From an uncultured Methanospirillum sp. (GTDB taxonomy: Archaea; Halobacteriota; Methanomicrobia; Methanomicrobiales; Methanospirillaceae): a stretch of DNA of 47,146 nt. Shown here piece after piece: positions 18,298-27,284 of this stretch (its first letter is position 1; each line of letters starts with the position of its first letter). Under the pieces are notes generated by a model. It saw only the letters and a program-made list of their open reading frames with translations. It was not told the origin of the DNA and did not search any database. Location: NCBI GenBank assembly GCA_964637135.1, contig CAZWTX010000018.1, forward strand, positions 1 through 47,146. Reading direction: 5' to 3'. The translations under genes were made by a program, and so were the position numbers.

Positions 18298-18903
18298 GTG
18301 ACATACGATATCATCATCATCCTCTATCCTGAATTCGAGACCCTGGATGTCTTCGGTCCGGTGGAGGTGCTCGGAGCCCTCCCTGATTCCTATCACATCC
18401 GGTTCTTCTCTCAGGAAGGGGGGATTGTCATGAGCAGCCAGCAGGTTCCGGTGGTCACCGAACCGGTCTCTGCCCCCGTGAGCGGGGAATACATCCTCTT
18501 CATCCCTGGGGGGGCCGGGATCAATCCCCTGATGGGCGATGAATCATTCATCGCCACTCTCCGGAACCTTGCCGGAAAAGCAGCGTATGTACTGACCGTC
18601 TGCACCGGATCGCTTCTTCTTGCAAGGACCGGCGTTCTGAACGGGAAGAGAGCGACCACGAACAAACGACTCTTTTCCTTCACGGAACGGTTCCCCGGTG
18701 TTACCTGGATCCAAAAGAGCCGATGGGTGAAAGACGGGACTATCTACACGGCCTCGGGAGTCTCGGCCGGGATGGACATGGCACTCGGATTTGTCGCAGA
18801 CCAGGCAGGATACGAGGCAGCCAGTGCTATCAGTCTGATGATGGAGTACGAGTGGCACGAAGAGAGCGAATACGATCCGTTCAGCGAACGGTACCCGGAA
18901 TAA
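18298..18903 (+). CDS. DJ-1/PfpI family protein
   Basis: ETLDVFGP, IPGG, TVCTGS, ATT, SGVSAGMDMAL. Confidence 0.9.
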   Translation: MTYDIIIILYPEFETLDVFGPVEVLGALPDSYHIRFFSQEGGIVMSSQQVPVVTEPVSAPVSGEYILFIPGGAGINPLMGDESFIATLRNLAGKAAYVLTVCTGSLLLARTGVLNGKRATTNKRLFSFTERFPGVTWIQKSRWVKDGTIYTASGVSAGMDMALGFVADQAGYEAASAISLMMEYEWHEESEYDPFSERYPE

Positions 18904-19096
18904 CACCCGGGTTCAGGAGCGATCCATTCAGGCAGAGCGAACTGAAACACGAGCAGGAATGTATCAATCCCCCAGGTCTATACTCCGGGGGGAATCCGAA
19001 TCATCCTCCATTTTCAGGTACCGGGCGGCAGGAAAGAACCCGGATCTCCCTGGATACACCGGAAGGGTATCATCCAATCCGGGCCGATAATACCGG

Positions 19097-19405
19097 ATGA
19101 CACTCAAAGCAGCGTTCATGTTCGTCGCTCCCGGAGCAGACCACAAGATCCACCGGTCTGTCATCCGGACGGCCGAGGTTGAGTTAACCACCATCGGCGT
19201 CGGGAATTATGCCATGGCTGAAGAGGCTGCAAAAATCCTGGTAGCCGAAGGAGTTCAGGCTATCGAACTCTGTGGCGGATTCGGGATCGAGGGAACGGCA
19301 GCAGTGAAGCAGGCTGTCCAGGGAAAGGCAGTCGTCGGGGTCGTCAGGTTTGATTCCCATCCCGGCCTTGGAAACCAGAGCGGGGACGATATCTTCTCAT
19401 CCTGA
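19097..19405 (+). CDS. DUF6506-like conserved hypothetical protein
   Basis: AAFMF...IELCGGFG...GVVRFD pattern. Confidence 0.7.
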   Translation: MTLKAAFMFVAPGADHKIHRSVIRTAEVELTTIGVGNYAMAEEAAKILVAEGVQAIELCGGFGIEGTAAVKQAVQGKAVVGVVRFDSHPGLGNQSGDDIFSS

Positions 19406-19419
19406 AAAAAAGGAGCGGA

Positions 19420-19974
19420 TTATCCGGTTACAACAAACTGCTGAAGGTAGGTAACATCCTCGGGGGTTACATTCTCCCACGGGCGGCGGTACACTGCCGA
19501 GAAGGTCTGGTTGCCGGCAGCCGTTCCTTCAACGGTCCACCGGTGCTCTCCGCCTGCTCCCACGAGCTGACTGTCCGGGGCGATGAAGGTGTCATTAACA
19601 ATGGCAAGTCCGGACGTGACCGTCGCATTCCAAGAGTATCCAGTTGTCGGGTTCTCCTGAAGGGCGACGACGGCTGTCTCTCCGATCTTCAGCTCTGTGG
19701 GTGGCTGGCTGTCTATCCGCTGCTGGATGACGTTAATCTGGTCGGCAAAGGAGAGATTCTTTAGATCTTCTCCGGATGCAGCCTCTTTTGTCTCAGCCTG
19801 ACTGACCGGTTCTGCGGATGGTTCGGTGACGGTCATTTCCGGGGTGATCTCCGGGGTAGCGTCAGCAGGTCCGGCAGTCGTCTCCTTTGCCGGCTCCGAA
19901 CCGGTGCATCCGGAAAATGCAACGGCAAGGAGGAGGAGTCCGAGGATACTCACACAGAGTCTCATGATGTTCAT
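19420..19974 (-). CDS. Lipoprotein with chagasin-like I42 cysteine protease inhibitor domain
   Basis: Lipobox-like FSGC, ENPTTGYSW, VGAGG, YRRPWE. Confidence 0.88.
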   Translation of the reverse strand: MNIMRLCVSILGLLLLAVAFSGCTGSEPAKETTAGPADATPEITPEMTVTEPSAEPVSQAETKEAASGEDLKNLSFADQINVIQQRIDSQPPTELKIGETAVVALQENPTTGYSWNATVTSGLAIVNDTFIAPDSQLVGAGGEHRWTVEGTAAGNQTFSAVYRRPWENVTPEDVTYLQQFVVTG

Positions 19975-20086
19975 TTGCACAAGCTTCCGGATAAGGATTG
20001 GTATGAGGGGACGGAAAACCAGGGTATGAATGGGGAAAAGAGGGACGACCTGTATTGTCTTAATTGCTGGAGGATAACTATTTCTC

Positions 20087-20848
20087 ATGCAGCCAGGTAC
20101 TGACCACGGAAGACAGGAATGGTTTGAGGACGAATCCTTCTGGGAAGAGTTCTACCCCGTCCTGTTCCCGGATATTCTTTTCGAAGAGGCAGAAGAGGAG
20201 ATCGAAAAGATCCTCGACCTCATCGGGCACCCGGTCAGTTCTATCCTCGATCTCTGCTGTGGTCCGGGACGGTTCGCCGGTCTGCTTGCGAGAGATGGAT
20301 ATCAGGTGTGCGGGGTGGATCGGACGCCGTTTCTCCTGGATAAGGCCAGGACAGAGTATTCTGATTGTGCGACTGCCGAATGGGTATTATCCGATATGCG
20401 GGAGTTCGTCAGGCCTGACGCCTTTGATCTCATCCTGAATCTCTACACCTCCTTCGGGTACTTCGAAGATCCCGCCGACGAACGGTGTGTCCTGAACAAT
20501 ATCCATACATCTCTCCGGCCCGGAGGTTCGTTCATCATCGAGGTGATGGGAAAGGAGATACTGGCCCGTGATTTCGAGCCCGTGCTCACCTCCCAAATCG
20601 ATGACGGTTTTTTCATCCAGGTCCACGAGATCAGGGAGAACTGGAACCGGATATACAACGAGTGGACGCTCGTCAGGAACGGAACGGTCAGGACCTTCCC
20701 CTTTGAACACACGCTCTTTGCGGCAAGCGATCTTGTCAGGCTCTGCGAGATGGCAGGCTTTACTGATATCAGGGTGTTTGGTGACTTTGACGGGAGCCCA
20801 TACGATAATACTGCCAGGCTGCTCATCGTGACCGGGAAGAAAGGATGA
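20087..20848 (+). CDS. Class I SAM-dependent methyltransferase
   Basis: ILDLCCGPGR, DMRE, TSFGYF, LRPGG. Confidence 0.9.
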   Translation: MQPGTDHGRQEWFEDESFWEEFYPVLFPDILFEEAEEEIEKILDLIGHPVSSILDLCCGPGRFAGLLARDGYQVCGVDRTPFLLDKARTEYSDCATAEWVLSDMREFVRPDAFDLILNLYTSFGYFEDPADERCVLNNIHTSLRPGGSFIIEVMGKEILARDFEPVLTSQIDDGFFIQVHEIRENWNRIYNEWTLVRNGTVRTFPFEHTLFAASDLVRLCEMAGFTDIRVFGDFDGSPYDNTARLLIVTGKKG

Positions 20849-20970
20849 GGAAGGGAATAAAGCAATTCCTCTGATCCTCCGCTTCCCCCCCAGTGAGTGA
20901 GATCCTCCGGGTTTTATCCATGATAATAGCAGGGAAACATCTAACGAACCATAAGGGACTATTAACCGGC

Positions 20971-21717
20971 TCACCGTTCATCGGGAGAACCAGTTTTCTG
21001 TTCCATGAACCTGAAGATCTCTGATACCAGAAGATCACGCTGGTTCATCCAGATAGAATGATCACCGTCGATGAGAATAACTTCTGCCCCCGCAATACCC
21101 CGCTTCAGTTCCCTTGCCATCTTTTCCCCGGCAAAGGGATCTCTCTTCCCGTTGATCACGATCGTCGGAGCCCTGATCTCACCCAGGTACATTCTCCCGT
21201 CAAACCGGGTTCCTGCTTCTCCCTGTCGTCTGAATGACTCAGGGGTAGGGGGGTATTTCTGATCCATGAGCGTCTTCATTCCCCCGTTCAGTTTCTTCCT
21301 GGAACCGGGGACAAGATGCAGGAGTGTCATCATGATCTTTACCGGGAGGGTTATCCGGGTAAACCCAACATGGATAATAAGGGCATGTACCCGGTCGGGA
21401 TGCTTCGCAGCCACCACCTGGGCGATCATGGATCCAAGGGACATTGCAAAGAGGGTTGCCTTCTCAACAGCGAGTGCATCAAGAAGTCCGATAAGATCCT
21501 CTCCCATCTCTTCGATTGAATAGGGTTTATCCGGCTTGTCTGATCTCCCGGCCCCCCGGTTATCTACCGCAATGACCTGGTATTTCTTTGAGAGATCGCC
21601 GATAAGATCGTCAAGGGCTGATATTTCTCTTCCCCATCCGGGGATAAGGACCAGGGGATCTCCGGTTCCCCGGATTTCATAATACAGGCGAATGTTGTTT
21701 ACCGATACAAAAGGCAT
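20971..21717 (-). CDS. Alpha/beta hydrolase
   Basis: DNRGAGRS, elbow AMSLG, GKRD, GDH. Confidence 0.88.
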   Translation of the reverse strand: MPFVSVNNIRLYYEIRGTGDPLVLIPGWGREISALDDLIGDLSKKYQVIAVDNRGAGRSDKPDKPYSIEEMGEDLIGLLDALAVEKATLFAMSLGSMIAQVVAAKHPDRVHALIIHVGFTRITLPVKIMMTLLHLVPGSRKKLNGGMKTLMDQKYPPTPESFRRQGEAGTRFDGRMYLGEIRAPTIVINGKRDPFAGEKMARELKRGIAGAEVILIDGDHSIWMNQRDLLVSEIFRFMEQKTGSPDER

Positions 21718-21844
21718 TTTATCACGATTTTTTCCATATGGTTTGATAGATCACATTTTTTTGGTGAACCAGATTTCAATGAACTGATGAGAGAAGATAC
21801 CAGCCTGATACTCGGAGTGTCAATCCGGATACCTCCATGATCTC

Positions 21845-22216
21845 CTACATCCGGGATCTCTTTTCATAACTCTGATTCACGGAGATCTTTCCGATCTGTT
21901 CAAGATATTCATCAGTTTTCCAAAATTCCACATAATTTTTGAAATACTCTTCCTCTGCATCCTCTGATAGCGGTTTTCCACATCTCGTGCAGAACCGTTC
22001 CTCAGGTCCGTTCATTGATCGGCATGAACGGCAGAGCCCGGGAATCTCATCCCTGAAATACTGGAAAAAGATCTCTTCCACGACTGAAGAGATTGATATC
22101 CCCTTCTTCCTTGAGGTTTCAAGAATTATCTCCATGAACCATGGTGATATCCGTACTGACAATGCTCCGGATACTTTTTTATGAGCATACGTTTCGTTAT
22201 ACATTTTGTGCAACAC
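21845..22216 (-). CDS. Ribbon-helix-helix + zinc-ribbon protein
   Basis: LSVRISP...KKGISISSVVEEI (RHH-like) followed by CRSC...FCTRCG. Confidence 0.6.
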   Translation of the reverse strand: MLHKMYNETYAHKKVSGALSVRISPWFMEIILETSRKKGISISSVVEEIFFQYFRDEIPGLCRSCRSMNGPEERFCTRCGKPLSEDAEEEYFKNYVEFWKTDEYLEQIGKISVNQSYEKRSRM

Positions 22217-22390
22217 TTAGTGAAACATTCAGTGATAAAGACCTTTGCCTGAAAAATGGTATCTCAAAAAACGGCCATCATGTTATGGAACCCTGCCATT
22301 CATCGCTCTTTCAATCAGGGATTGTTGTTTTGCCGGGTCAAAAAACCATGAAATACCCGGAATCACCGGATTTTGGGAAATGTCGCCAGG

Positions 22391-23041
22391 TTACTGGTTC
22401 ATCCTGTCTCCGCACTCCTTTGTCCGCGTACATTCCTGGCAGGGGACCGGAGGGGTCTGACCGTCAAAGAATAACAGATGGAGATCGCTGATCCAGGCTT
22501 TCCGGAGCCGGTGAAGATCGATGCCAAGAACAATCTGCATTCGCATTCCGTTGAAAAGGGCGATGAGGGTAAGTGAGAGGTCATCGGGATCAATATCTTT
22601 CCTGATAACTCCTTTTTCCTGCCATTCCCGGTTTTGGCGGCCAATATCAGCCCCCCAGAACTCCATCTGCCTGGAGGAGAACGTTCCGAGTTCTTCTTTC
22701 CGCGATGTCAGGGAGATCATCTCAAAGTAGACTGACTGGACTCTGGGATCCGGTACCAGGACCTGTTCAAAGAGATCGATCCAGGAACAAACCGGGCATG
22801 CCCGTTTGTCACGAGAACCGGTAATCTTCAGGAATTCAGACTGGCGTTCCTTTACACTCTCGATGATCAGTTCATCCTTATCCCTGAAATACCGGTAGAG
22901 CGCTGGTTTCGTAACATCCAGACGACGGGCGATCCCCTCCATCGTCGTCTTTGCGTATCCCTTCTCGTACAGAACCTCAAGACCAGCCTCCATTATTCTC
23001 TTCCTGGCTTCTTCCCGGTATTCTGCAATGATCCGCGGCAT
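22391..23041 (-). CDS. TetR/AcrR family transcriptional regulator
   Basis: TTMEGIARRLDVTKPALYRYFRDKDEL. Confidence 0.92.
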   Translation of the reverse strand: MPRIIAEYREEARKRIMEAGLEVLYEKGYAKTTMEGIARRLDVTKPALYRYFRDKDELIIESVKERQSEFLKITGSRDKRACPVCSWIDLFEQVLVPDPRVQSVYFEMISLTSRKEELGTFSSRQMEFWGADIGRQNREWQEKGVIRKDIDPDDLSLTLIALFNGMRMQIVLGIDLHRLRKAWISDLHLLFFDGQTPPVPCQECTRTKECGDRMNQ

Positions 23042-23093
23042 TGGTTACTCATTATCATCATCACAAGGTATTAGCAATTGTTATGATTCACCC

Positions 23094-23113
23094 AAGTTAC
23101 TAATAGGTAACTT
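23094..23113. promoter_or_regulatory. Candidate TetR operator overlapping a TATA-like element
   Basis: Perfect 7-bp inverted repeat aagttac-taatag-gtaactt between the divergent tetR and amidohydrolase genes, running into tttaa. Confidence 0.5.
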
Positions 23114-23180
23114 TAATGAATACTGGAAACTAATCCTTTCTGCAGCCGGGTTAATGAAGATCCTGGCTGTTGAGGAACAA

Positions 23181-24731
23181 ATGAATCAGGATAGCAGAAG
23201 ATCATCATCAGCCCATACCGTCTTTACCGGGGGGAGGATCCTAACCATGGATCCATCCGTTCCGGAAGCAGAAGCGGTGATCATTCAGAACAGAAGAATC
23301 TGTGCAGTCGGCGGGAAGGATATCCTCTCCCGGCATCCGGACGCACCGATATGCGATCTCAGGGGACGAACTCTCATCCCCGGGTTCATCGACTCCCATA
23401 TCCATCTCTCTTTCGCATGTTTCCGCCAGGAATGGACAGACCTCACCGGATGTCAGACAAAAGAGGATATTCTTAAAAGAATGGGTGAACATGCTGCCAG
23501 ATCTGATAATGAATGCGTTATCGGGTTTCCCTGGTTCGATGAATATTACGGGGGTATTGCTCTCACCAGGGAAGATCTTGACGGTGCATTTCCTGATAAA
23601 CCGGCGATCCTTATCCATACCACGTTTCATGAGATCGTCGTAAATTCACGGGCCGGTGAATTGTCAGGGATATCCGAACCATCACAAGGAACCGGCCTGC
23701 TCCGGGAGAAGGCCTGCATCCCGGTATACGCCAGGGCATTACGGATTAACACCCGCAGGTATGCAGAACTCATAGAACAGGAGGCAAAGAACCTGCATCA
23801 GTTCGGAATTACCGCGATTCACGATCCGGGGGTGACTCCTGATGCAGAGGCTGCCTACCGGGTTCTTCATGCTGAACAGAGACTGCCGGTCTCCGTGCTG
23901 ATGATGCCACATGGCAGTACCCTGCTTGATAACCGGGTTGGCGATCGACTCATGGCTGAAGACTATGGAACCGGGGATGAATCGCTTCGCGTAGGACCGG
24001 TGAAACTCTTTGCTGACGGGGCCAGCCAGGGAACGACGGCCATGTCGGTCATGATCCAGGGACAGCAGTATAAAAGCGGTTCGTTCAGGGATGATTTTCA
24101 GGATATGGTCCTTGAGGCTGTCAGACACCGGTACCAGGTCTGTCTCCACAGTCTTGGAAACATCACGACTGACGCCATTCTGGATGTTGCAACCACTGCG
24201 AAGAATATTGCCCCGGATGGATTTGCCTTTACCCCGCGGCTTGAACATTTGAACCTGCTCAGCCGGGAACAGATTGAGCGGTTATCCAGGCTCGAAGGGA
24301 GGGTGTGTATCCAGCCCCAGTTTCTGAACAGGGCTGCCCAGTTAAACAAGGTTCCGGTTGAAGAGGCCACCTGGTTTGCATATCGCGATATGCAGGACGC
24401 CGGGATTATCCTCGGAGCGGGGAGTGATTACCCGGGCGGATTCATGGATGCACGGGATGTTATCACCTGCTGCTCGATGGGTGCCACGATGAGTGACGGC
24501 CAGGGAAATCAAGTATCGCCAGAGCAGATGATGCCTTTCCTGGAATGGCTCAGAATTTACACTGCAGGCAGTGCCCGAATCGGGGGACAGGAAAATGAAC
24601 GGGGGATGATTCGTGAAGGATTTGTGGCTGATTTTGTCATTCTTGACAGGGATCTCACTCCTGAATCCCCACCGGCGGTTGATGAGACATGGGTTGGCGG
24701 ACAACGGGTATATTCCCGGAACCGGGGGTAA
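23181..24731 (+). CDS. Metal-dependent amidohydrolase (YtcJ/Amidohydro_3-like)
   Basis: PGFIDSHIH, KLFADG, HSLG, RLEH, GSD, ADFVILD. The start at 23181 avoids overlap with tetR. Confidence 0.9.
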   Translation: MNQDSRRSSSAHTVFTGGRILTMDPSVPEAEAVIIQNRRICAVGGKDILSRHPDAPICDLRGRTLIPGFIDSHIHLSFACFRQEWTDLTGCQTKEDILKRMGEHAARSDNECVIGFPWFDEYYGGIALTREDLDGAFPDKPAILIHTTFHEIVVNSRAGELSGISEPSQGTGLLREKACIPVYARALRINTRRYAELIEQEAKNLHQFGITAIHDPGVTPDAEAAYRVLHAEQRLPVSVLMMPHGSTLLDNRVGDRLMAEDYGTGDESLRVGPVKLFADGASQGTTAMSVMIQGQQYKSGSFRDDFQDMVLEAVRHRYQVCLHSLGNITTDAILDVATTAKNIAPDGFAFTPRLEHLNLLSREQIERLSRLEGRVCIQPQFLNRAAQLNKVPVEEATWFAYRDMQDAGIILGAGSDYPGGFMDARDVITCCSMGATMSDGQGNQVSPEQMMPFLEWLRIYTAGSARIGGQENERGMIREGFVADFVILDRDLTPESPPAVDETWVGGQRVYSRNRG

Positions 24732-24733
24732 AT

Positions 24734-25429
24734 ATGGACTCTTCACCGGAAACCCCGAAGAACAAGAGCAGGAGTAGCGGCCTTATTTACGGACTGATAC
24801 CTGTGGTTATGATGGCAGTAGTCCTTCTTATCTCATCAGGCGACCTGTTCTGGGTTCAGGCATGGATATTCATTCTCATCCACACAGGAGCCACGATTAT
24901 CCTGGTTATGACCATCGATCCCTCCCTAATCAGGGAGCGAATGGCATTGAAAGAGAACCGGGACAGAATGGATGGCCTTTTGGTTATGCTGCTGAATGGA
25001 TCCGGTCTGCTGGTTCTCCTCATCGCCGGTCTTGACATCCGGCTCTCCCTGACCGGCACGGTATCACCGCTCATTCCCACCGGTGGGTTCATTCTCTTCA
25101 TCACAGGGTATGTCATCCTGATCAGGAGTGCAATTGAGAATCCCTTCTTTTCAGCCGTGGTGAGGATACAGGATGACCGGAAGCACCGGGTGATCACGAG
25201 CGGGATGTACCGGTATATCCGGCACCCGGGATACCTCGGGATTGGTTTGTGCATAGCAGCCGAACCGATGCTATTCGGATCGGTGTGGGCTGTTATTCCC
25301 GTATTAGTAACGATTCTCATCCTTCTGGTACGCATACGCCACGAAGAGGAGGTCCTTTGCAGTGGTCTTGCAGGATATACTACATACTGCGGACAGGTTA
25401 CCTACAGGCTCATCCCCGGGATCTGGTAA
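24734..25429 (+). CDS. Isoprenylcysteine carboxyl methyltransferase (ICMT/PEMT) family membrane protein
   Basis: ENPFFS..VRIQ..HRVITSGMYRYIRHPGY, EE..L, RLIPGIW. Confidence 0.88.
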   Translation: MDSSPETPKNKSRSSGLIYGLIPVVMMAVVLLISSGDLFWVQAWIFILIHTGATIILVMTIDPSLIRERMALKENRDRMDGLLVMLLNGSGLLVLLIAGLDIRLSLTGTVSPLIPTGGFILFITGYVILIRSAIENPFFSAVVRIQDDRKHRVITSGMYRYIRHPGYLGIGLCIAAEPMLFGSVWAVIPVLVTILILLVRIRHEEEVLCSGLAGYTTYCGQVTYRLIPGIW

Positions 25430-25535
25430 CAGATAAGAACAGGAATATCGCTTTCCAGGAGAACGATACATGCACTCTTCCGGAACCAGCCACAGAAGAA
25501 ATATATTCGGACGGCTCTGTCAACCTGGTAGGAGA

Positions 25536-26156
25536 ATGAATCAAATCACCCGGGGATTCCTCATCATCATCATTATCGCGGAGATTTTCACGGTGTGCAA
25601 TGCCGGTCAGATCACCATCGATCCCGTCGGGCCACCGGCACCTGGTGATTCTCTCACCCTCTCCGGAACCAAACCGGAAAACACCTCCCGTCTCGGGATT
25701 GAAATTTTTCCGGCCCGGTACTGGGAATATGCCTGCAGGTATGGCGAGATGACCCATGCAAAGCATTTCCGCTTTGTTCTTCAATGGATTACCGAATCGC
25801 TAAATAATGCCCCGTTTGTAAAACTCGTCAGGTTCAACCCGGACAAGACGCAGTCATACATCGTGTACCCGAATTGTCCTGAACACATCCTGATTCATCC
25901 GTACGTTCCTTCCGGGCCGGGACGGGAAAAATGGAGCCTGAATCTCGACCAAAAGGCCGGGCGACGAAACCTGCGTCCCGGATCCTATATCATCCTCGCC
26001 TGGGATGCCTCGGGTCAGATCCTCTATTCAGACACCTACCAGCCGAACGGATGGGATACCAGCGGGAAGTACCTGTACCCGGCTACGATGCGGGGAAATA
26101 TCTGGGATCTTGAGAATAAACAGGAGTGTGCGAACCGGATCTTTTCAGTCCGGTGA
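25536..26156 (+). CDS. Hypothetical secreted protein
   Basis: GGAGA RBS, signal-peptide-like N-terminus, ITIDPVG...LTLSGT Ig-like start. Confidence 0.6.
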   Translation: MNQITRGFLIIIIIAEIFTVCNAGQITIDPVGPPAPGDSLTLSGTKPENTSRLGIEIFPARYWEYACRYGEMTHAKHFRFVLQWITESLNNAPFVKLVRFNPDKTQSYIVYPNCPEHILIHPYVPSGPGREKWSLNLDQKAGRRNLRPGSYIILAWDASGQILYSDTYQPNGWDTSGKYLYPATMRGNIWDLENKQECANRIFSVR

Positions 26157-27116
26157 ACCGGGACCGGAAGACCCGTCCGGCGGATCATAGTTCATCACGA
26201 TTATCTCGTGGATTTCTCCCCGTTTTTCGGCGACGCTGTTGATCAGTCGTTTTGCAAGTACCCGCTCGATCCTATATTTACGGTAGAGATCGTCAAAGAA
26301 CTCGTCTTCCGGATCCTCGTTCTTCGGGTCAGAGTTGCTCAGCATGATCTTTGCCCCGGTCTGATCGATCCCGGCAAAGAATGCGGCAAGCCGTCTCTGA
26401 TCCCCGTCAGAGAACCCGTCCTGTGAATACGAGGTGAACTTTGCCGTCCGGCTGATGGGCCGGTAGGGAGGATCGATGTACACGAAGGTCTCCCTGTCGA
26501 TGAATTCCCGGCACGACTCGAAATCACCGAGCAGGATCCTCGTATTGGCAAGCAGGGCCGAGACCTTGAGCAGGTTCGGTTCGTTTACGATCCGGGGATG
26601 CTTATACCGTCCGAACGGGACATTGAACTCGCCCTTCGAATTGAGCCTGAAGAGTCCGTTAAAACAGGTCCGGTTCAGGAAGATGAGTTTTGCTGCCCGT
26701 TCAGCCCAGGCAGGACTCATCCGGGTATAATCGAAGCCCTTCTTCTCTGCATTCAGGTCATCCCTGATTTCATAGAACATCCGGCTTCTTCCCTCTTCGT
26801 CAAGGGAGTCATACCGCTCCTGGTATCCGGAGAGAAGCCTGATAAGAGTCATCACATCCTCCCGGACCGCCCGGTAGGTAAGCACCAGTTCCTCGTTCAC
26901 GTCGCAGAGGATCGCCTCCCTGACCGGGCAGGTCTGGACCACGTGGAAGAAAACCGCACCGCCCCCGGTGAACGGCTCCACGTACCGGGTCAGTCTTCCA
27001 GATCGCAACTCTTCCGGGAACCGTGCCTCGAACTCGGGGATCAGCTGGCCTTTTCCCCCGGCCCACTTGAAAAACGGGCCGGCAGGTCCTTTTTCCTGGT
27101 TTGACGTTCGTCTCAT
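26145..27116 (-). CDS. dam: DNA adenine methyltransferase, Dam/D12 class (orphan)
   Basis: FKWAGGK, YVEPFTGGGAV, FNGLFRLN..G.FNVPFG, YIDPPY, MLSNS. Confidence 0.9.
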   Translation of the reverse strand: MRRTSNQEKGPAGPFFKWAGGKGQLIPEFEARFPEELRSGRLTRYVEPFTGGGAVFFHVVQTCPVREAILCDVNEELVLTYRAVREDVMTLIRLLSGYQERYDSLDEEGRSRMFYEIRDDLNAEKKGFDYTRMSPAWAERAAKLIFLNRTCFNGLFRLNSKGEFNVPFGRYKHPRIVNEPNLLKVSALLANTRILLGDFESCREFIDRETFVYIDPPYRPISRTAKFTSYSQDGFSDGDQRRLAAFFAGIDQTGAKIMLSNSDPKNEDPEDEFFDDLYRKYRIERVLAKRLINSVAEKRGEIHEIIVMNYDPPDGSSGPGSPD

Positions 27117-27284
27117 GATGGAGGGAGTATTGCCCGGACGATCAGGTACCGTCCCTTTGTGGCAGAAGGGATCAATTCATACAGGTTACTTCCCGGGCTA
27201 TAAAACAGGGGCGGAAGGGTTTTTTGAATCTCCGGGAAGAAAGAGGGAGATATCTCCGGGTGCCCGGACCAGGAGGAAAGAACG

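Noticed and set aside
23028..23180. N-terminal extension of the amidohydrolase ORF
   Set aside because: Overlaps the divergent tetR start and the promoter/operator region
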